11,538 bases of DNA from the IMG/VR virus record IMGVR_UViG_2648501841_000005; one strand, written 5' to 3'. The notes under the pieces were generated by a model. The model worked only from the letters and a program-made list of their open reading frames with translations, did no database searches and was not told where the DNA came from. This document shows positions 7,333 to 11,538 of this stretch, piece by piece. Each line of letters starts with the position of its first letter. Within the stretch, counting starts at the first letter, position 1. The DNA comes from a virus. Lineage: Duplodnaviria; Heunggongvirae; Uroviricota; Caudoviricetes. The position numbers and the translations under genes are program-made.

Positions 7333-7956
7333 ATGGCAATAAAAGGTCTGGCGCAGGCCATGAAAAATCTGGATGCAATTGATCGCCGTGCCGTTCCCCG
7401 GGCCTCTGCCACGACACTGAACCGAGTGGCGGGGGCCATTATTGCGAAAACGGCCTCTTCAGTTGCCAGGGAGCTGGCCGTTCCCCGTCGTCTTATCCGT
7501 GCCCGCATCCGGTTAAGTGCGGCACGACCGGATAAGGTTTACGCAAAGGTTTACATCAATACCGGCAACCTGCCCGCCATCAAACTGGGGGAGGCCCGCG
7601 TTCGACTTTCCCGCAGAAAACGGAGAAAGAAAGGACAGCGTGCGGCCCTGAAAGGGGGCGGCAGTGTGCTGATTGTGGGGAAAAGACGGATCCCGGACGC
7701 CTTTATCACCCGGCTGGCTAACGGACGCTGGCATGTGATGCAGCGTATGCCGTGGGCATCATCATCCACCGGCGCGGACAGCAAAGGGAGGCCGAAACGC
7801 CACCGTCTGCCGATCGAAGTGGTGAAGATTACGACTGCCGGACCGCTGGCAGAAACCTTTGAACGTGAACGGGACCGGATGTACCGGGAAAAATTACCGG
7901 CGCAGAGGATGAAAGCCATGACGCATCAGTTACGCCTGGTGCTGAAAAGAAAATGA
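7333..7956 (+). CDS. Z: Tail completion protein (lambda gpZ family)
   Basis: Strong similarity to recalled lambda gpZ: MAIKGL start, RVASSAI/RVAGAII, the basic LSRRKRRKKGQR block, GGGSVL and NGRWHVMQR. ATG 7333 matches the lambda Z start, with AGGAA 6 nt upstream; the track ORF begins 2 codons earlier at 7327. Confidence 0.85.
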   Translation: MAIKGLAQAMKNLDAIDRRAVPRASATTLNRVAGAIIAKTASSVARELAVPRRLIRARIRLSAARPDKVYAKVYINTGNLPAIKLGEARVRLSRRKRRKKGQRAALKGGGSVLIVGKRRIPDAFITRLANGRWHVMQRMPWASSSTGADSKGRPKRHRLPIEVVKITTAGPLAETFERERDRMYREKLPAQRMKAMTHQLRLVLKRK

Positions 7957-7968
7957 CTGGGAGGGTGT

Positions 7969-8367
7969 ATGAAACACCGTGAAATACGGGCGGCAGTTCT
8001 GTCTGCCCTGAAAGAAAATATTTCTGAGAGGGTGAGCTGGTTTGACGGTCGCCCGGTTTTTATTGATGAACAGGAACTGCCTGCTGTTGCTGTTTACCTG
8101 ACAGATGCGTCTGCTGCTGACGAGTTCGTTGATGAGGGAACCTGGGAGGCGACACTGCATATTGAGGTTTTTCTCAGGGCAAAAGAACCGGACTCGGCAC
8201 TGGATATGTGGATGGAAGAAAAAATTCTTCCTGCGCTGGAGGCAGTTCCCGGGCTCAGTGCATTACTGCTGAAGATGAATCTTCAGGGGTATGACTACCG
8301 CCGGGATGATGAGTTTATGATGTGGGGATCGGCAGATCTCCTGTGGAAAATTACCTACGAGATGTGA
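7969..8367 (+). CDS. U: Tail terminator protein (lambda gpU family)
   Basis: 132 aa. Near-colinear match to recalled lambda gpU: MKHxELRAAVL, [29 protein letters not shown] and the C-terminal ITYEM. GGGAGGG RBS upstream. Confidence 0.92.
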   Translation: MKHREIRAAVLSALKENISERVSWFDGRPVFIDEQELPAVAVYLTDASAADEFVDEGTWEATLHIEVFLRAKEPDSALDMWMEEKILPALEAVPGLSALLLKMNLQGYDYRRDDEFMMWGSADLLWKITYEM

Positions 8368-8374
8368 GGACGAT

Positions 8375-9164
8375 ATGGCAACACCAAATCCCCTTGAGCC
8401 GGTAAAAGGTGCCGGTCCCACTCTGTGGGTTTACAACGGCAAGGGTGATGCTTATGCAAACCCGTTGTCAGACGATGACTGGCAGCGANNNNNNNNNNNN
8501 NNNNNNNNNNNNNNNNNNNNNNNNNNNNNNNNNNNNNNNNNNNNNNNNNNNNNNNNNNNNNNNNNNNNNNNNNNNNNNNNNNNNNNNNNNNNNNNNNNNN
8601 NNNNNNNNNNNNNNNNNNNNNNNNNNNNNNNNNNNGTCTGCAGGAGATACCAGTTTTACGCTGGCCTGGAAACCGGGAGAAGAAGGTCAGAAAGGGCTTA
8701 TAGGCTGGTTTGAAAGCGGGGATGTGCGGGCCTATAAAATCCGTTTCCCAAATGGCACGGTGGATGTGTTCCGTGGCTGGGTCAGCAGTATCGGTAAGGC
8801 CGTGACGGCGAAAGAAGTGATCACCCGCACGGTGAAAGTCACTAACGTGGGCAAACCTTCCGTGGCGGAAGAACGCAGCGAAATTACGCCGGCCACTGCA
8901 ATTAAGGTGACACCGACATCCGGTACGGTGGCAAAAGGGAAAACAACCACCCTGACGGTTTCTTTTGAGCCGGAAAGTGCAACAGACAAGACGTTCAGAG
9001 CGGTTTCCGCCGATCCGTCGAAAGCCACCATTAGTGTGAAAGATATGACAATTACGGTAAACGGCGTGGCGACAGGTAAGGTGCAGATCCCTGTGGTGAG
9101 CGGAAATGGTCAGTTCGCCGCAGTGGCTGAAGTCACCGTTACTGAAGCGGGCGCTGCAGGGTAA
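8375..9164 (+). CDS. V: Major tail protein (lambda gpV family) with C-terminal Ig-like domain; interrupted by a 147-nt N gap
   Basis: The N-terminal part ([19 protein letters not shown]...PLSDDDWQR) and the post-gap part ([11 protein letters not shown]...[41 protein letters not shown]...) both match recalled lambda gpV closely. The two parts are in different frames across the N run, so the true gap length is not 147. Confidence 0.85.
8489..8635. other. Assembly/masking gap (147 N) inside the major tail gene
   Basis: Continuous run of n read directly from the sequence; flanked on both sides by gpV-homologous coding sequence in different frames. Confidence 0.95.
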
Positions 9165-9177
9165 ACGGAGGTCATAC

Positions 9178-9600
9178 ATGTTTCTGAAAACAGAACAATT
9201 TGAATATAACGGTGTGTCCGTCACGCTTTCCGAATTGTCTGCGCTGCAGCGGTTTGATTATATGAAGTTTGTTTCAGACGCAGAACAACAGAAGACAACG
9301 AAGCATGATGTCGTGCGCATTAACCAGCGATATCTGGAAACGGCATCCCTGCTTGTGGCGATGTCGCTATGGCATTCCCATTCCCTCAAAGGCACTCTGG
9401 CCTCTCCGGAGACAGAGATGCAGCAGATCCGCCGTGAAGTGATGCTGGGATGGCCTGCTGATGCACTGAATCAGGCAACGAACCGGGTGCTTTATCTTTC
9501 AGGTATGCTGGATAACCGGCACGATGCCGATCCTGAACCAACCGGGAAAACAGAAGCGACTGAGCCGGTAACATCAAAAAAGCATTCGAAGGCGAGCTGA
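9178..9600 (+). CDS. G: Tail assembly chaperone (lambda gpG family)
   Basis: MFLKTEQFEYNGVSVTLSELSALQR matches the recalled lambda gpG start MFLKTESFEHNGVTVTLSELSALQR. GGAGG at 9166..9170 sits 7 nt before ATG 9178. The track ORF extends upstream to 9106, overlapping V; I reject that extension. Confidence 0.9.
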   Translation: MFLKTEQFEYNGVSVTLSELSALQRFDYMKFVSDAEQQKTTKHDVVRINQRYLETASLLVAMSLWHSHSLKGTLASPETEMQQIRREVMLGWPADALNQATNRVLYLSGMLDNRHDADPEPTGKTEATEPVTSKKHSKAS

Positions 9601-9935
9601 ACTTTGTCCTGAAACTGGCGCGTGAGATGGGGAGAGCCGACTGGCGCGCCATGCTTGCCGGGATGACATCCACCGAATATGCCGACTGGCACCGTTTTTA
9701 CCGCACGCATTATTTTCAGGATACCCAGCTGGATATGCATTTTTCCGGGCTGACGTACGCTGTACTCAGCCTGTTTTTTTGCGATCCGGATATGCATCCG
9801 GCGGATTTCAGCCTGTTCGCTCCGGAGGCAGAGGAAGGACAGGCGGAGACGCCGGACGAAAATGATGTACTGATGCAGAAGGCGGCGGGCCTCGCCGGTG
9901 GAGTCCGTTTCGGGGAGGAGGGAAGGAGGTTGTGA
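9178..9935 (+). CDS. T: Tail assembly chaperone G-T fusion (lambda gpGT family), made by -1 frameshifting at 9576..9582
   Basis: The downstream T ORF (track 9627..9935) is in the -1 frame relative to G and that frame is open from the slippery site onward. The conserved G/G-T arrangement sits directly upstream of the tape measure gene, as in lambda. Confidence 0.75.
9576..9582 (+). promoter_or_regulatory. Programmed -1 ribosomal frameshift slippery heptamer A_AAA_AAG (G to G-T)
   Basis: The heptamer sits in the gpG zero frame (TCA AAA AAG) 6 codons before the G stop. The -1 frame is open from here through the T ORF to the stop at 9933..9935, with no stop between 9576 and 9627. Confidence 0.7.
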
Positions 9936-9978
9936 CAGTTATTGATGGTATCAGAGGACATTTCAGGAGGTGACCACG

Positions 9979-11538
9979 ATGGCAGGTAATTTTGCCGATC
10001 TGACAGCCGTGCTGACACTGGATTCTGCCCGTTTTTCTGAAGAGGCAGCGCGGGTAAAAAAAGAGCTGGGTGAAACCAGTGCGCTTGCTGATTTGATGTC
10101 CGGGAAAGTCAGTCAGTCTTTCAGAAAACAGGCTGATGCTGCTGAGCAGAGTCTGAGCCGACAGGCGCTGGCGGCACAAAAAGCCGGGATATCAGTCGGA
10201 CAGTATAAGGCTGCCATGCGCACACTGCCCGCACAGTTCACGGATATTGTCACTCAGCTTGCCGGTGGTCAGAATCCCTTCCTTATCATGCTGCAGCAGG
10301 GGGGGCAGATCAGCGATTCATTCGGTGGACCGCTCAGCCTGCTTACCCTGCTGAAGGAGGAACTTCTCGGGATCAGGGATGCCTCTGAATCATCAGAGGA
10401 GTCGCTGTCAGATACGGCAAATGCACTGGCTGAAAATGCCCGGAATGCCGGTGAGCTGGGACGATTTATGTCGGTGGCCCGTGTGGCGGCAGGTGGCGGG
10501 GTTGCCGTACTGGCCGCGCTTGCTGCCGCCGCCTGGCAGGCAGAGCAGGCTGACCGGGCCTTATTGCGTTCACTGATCCTGACCGGAGGGGCGGCTGCCA
10601 CCACAACGGCAGAATTGTGGAAAATGGCCGGGGTGATCAGCGATGAAGCCGGTGGTGGTATCAGACAGGCGGCAGAAAATCTGGCCCGTCTGGCAGAAAG
10701 CGGGAAATATACCGCCGGGCAGCTACGGATCATGGGGGAAACCTCTCAGAGATGGCTGCAGACGGTGGGGGACGATGCCGGGAAGGTGGAAAAAGCCTTT
10801 GAAGGGATTGCAGCAGATCCGGTGAAGGCGCTGGCCTCCCTGAATCAGCAGTATAACTTCCTGAGCGTTTCCCAGTTACGCCATATTGATGAGCTTGAGC
10901 GCACGAAAGGTAAACAGGCTGCGGTGACGGAGGCGATGTCCCTGTTTGCGGATGTCATGAATGCACGTCTGGAGCAACTTGATAAAGCGGCCACGCCGGT
11001 GGAAAAAATCTGGGACGATGTTAAAACCTGGACTTCTGACGCATGGGCATGGATAGGTGATCATACACTGGGGGCACTCAGTCTGATCACTGACGTGGTG
11101 GCCGGAACCGTTGAACAAGTGAAGCTGCTGCTTGTGCAGGGGGATCTGGCGCTGGCTGAATTTATTCAGTCAGCCTGGGAAACGACAAAGAATGTGCCCG
11201 GCGTTGGTGCGTTGTTTGGTGAACTGGCAGAAGAGAACCGCGTATTTATTGAGAAAACAAAACGCGATGAACTGGCGCTGAGAAAATCCATTGCGGAACG
11301 GGATGCGCGTATACGCCAGGGGGAAATGGGGTACATCAACCGCTCGCGTGCAACAGGCGTCAGCAAAGGTCCGGGGCAGCAGGAAGCCGTCAGCCGTCTG
11401 GCTGAAGAGCTGACAGGTAAAAAGCATACATCACCGAAAACGCGCTCTGCCGGGGAGAGGGAAGAGGAGCAGGCAAGAGAGGCTCTGCTTGCCCTTGAAG
11501 CTGAGCTCAGGACGCTGGAAAAACACAGCGGTGCGAAT
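9979..11538 (+). CDS. H: Tail tape measure protein (lambda gpH family), 5' partial, truncated by the window end
   Basis: Open frame from ATG 9979 to the window end (520 codons, no stop). Multiple blocks match recalled lambda gpH: SLSRQALAAQKAGISVGQYKAAMR, LPAQFTD, TQLAGGQ, LQQGGQ, SDSFGG and, near the window end, LLALEAELRTLEKHSGAN (lambda LLTLQAELRTLEKHAGAN). GGAGG lies 10 nt upstream. Confidence 0.92.
   Translation, partial: MAGNFADLTAVLTLDSARFSEEAARVKKELGETSALADLMSGKVSQSFRKQADAAEQSLSRQALAAQKAGISVGQYKAAMRTLPAQFTDIVTQLAGGQNPFLIMLQQGGQISDSFGGPLSLLTLLKEELLGIRDASESSEESLSDTANALAENARNAGELGRFMSVARVAAGGGVAVLAALAAAAWQAEQADRALLRSLILTGGAAATTTAELWKMAGVISDEAGGGIRQAAENLARLAESGKYTAGQLRIMGETSQRWLQTVGDDAGKVEKAFEGIAADPVKALASLNQQYNFLSVSQLRHIDELERTKGKQAAVTEAMSLFADVMNARLEQLDKAATPVEKIWDDVKTWTSDAWAWIGDHTLGALSLITDVVAGTVEQVKLLLVQGDLALAEFIQSAWETTKNVPGVGALFGELAEENRVFIEKTKRDELALRKSIAERDARIRQGEMGYINRSRATGVSKGPGQQEAVSRLAEELTGKKHTSPKTRSAGEREEEQAREALLALEAELRTLEKHSGAN

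Noticed and set aside
8409-8488. ORF 8409..9164 treated as an independent gene starting at ATG 8409
   Set aside because: Its post-gap portion is the downstream part of gpV; the apparent separate start is an artefact of the frame discontinuity across the N gap.
9106-9177. Upstream extension of the gpG ORF to ATG 9106
   Set aside because: The extension overlaps the gpV C-terminus in another frame and has no lambda counterpart; ATG 9178 has a GGAGG RBS and matches the lambda gpG N-terminus.
10269-10733. 154-aa Ala/Ser/Pro-rich reverse-strand ORF inside the tape measure gene
   Set aside because: Antisense to a strongly gpH-homologous region; its composition mirrors the Ala/Gly-rich sense codons.
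1-11538. Search for defence or anti-defence systems, toxin-antitoxin pairs, integrase, tRNA or CRISPR repeats
   Set aside because: No spaced direct repeats, no tRNA-like cloverleaf candidates, and no unassigned intergenic space larger than about 90 nt apart from the cos region; every sizeable sense ORF is explained by a morphogenesis function.

Overview
The window reads as the late (morphogenesis) operon of a lambda-like (lambdoid) phage or prophage, all on the + strand and in lambda gene order: candidate cos site, small terminase (Nu1-like), large terminase (A-like), W, portal, a single ORF fusing a ClpP-like prohead protease to a scaffold-like linker and a major capsid domain, a small putative decoration protein, an FII-position connector, Z, U, V, G, the G-T frameshift product, and the 5' part of the tape measure gene H (cut by the window end). 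Assignments rest on my own recall of lambda protein sequences and on synteny, start-codon context and motifs; no database search was run. Genes are tightly packed, often with overlapping stop/start codons. A 147-nt run of N (8489..8635) interrupts the major tail gene V and is an assembly or masking gap. I found no tRNA, rRNA, CRISPR array, integrase, transposase or inserted cargo (moron) gene, and no evidence of a novel defence or other undescribed system; all antisense ORFs in the track lie inside these genes and look spurious. The points worth a second look are the cos region, the protease-capsid fusion, the G-T slippery site, two co-oriented Chi octamers and the gap.
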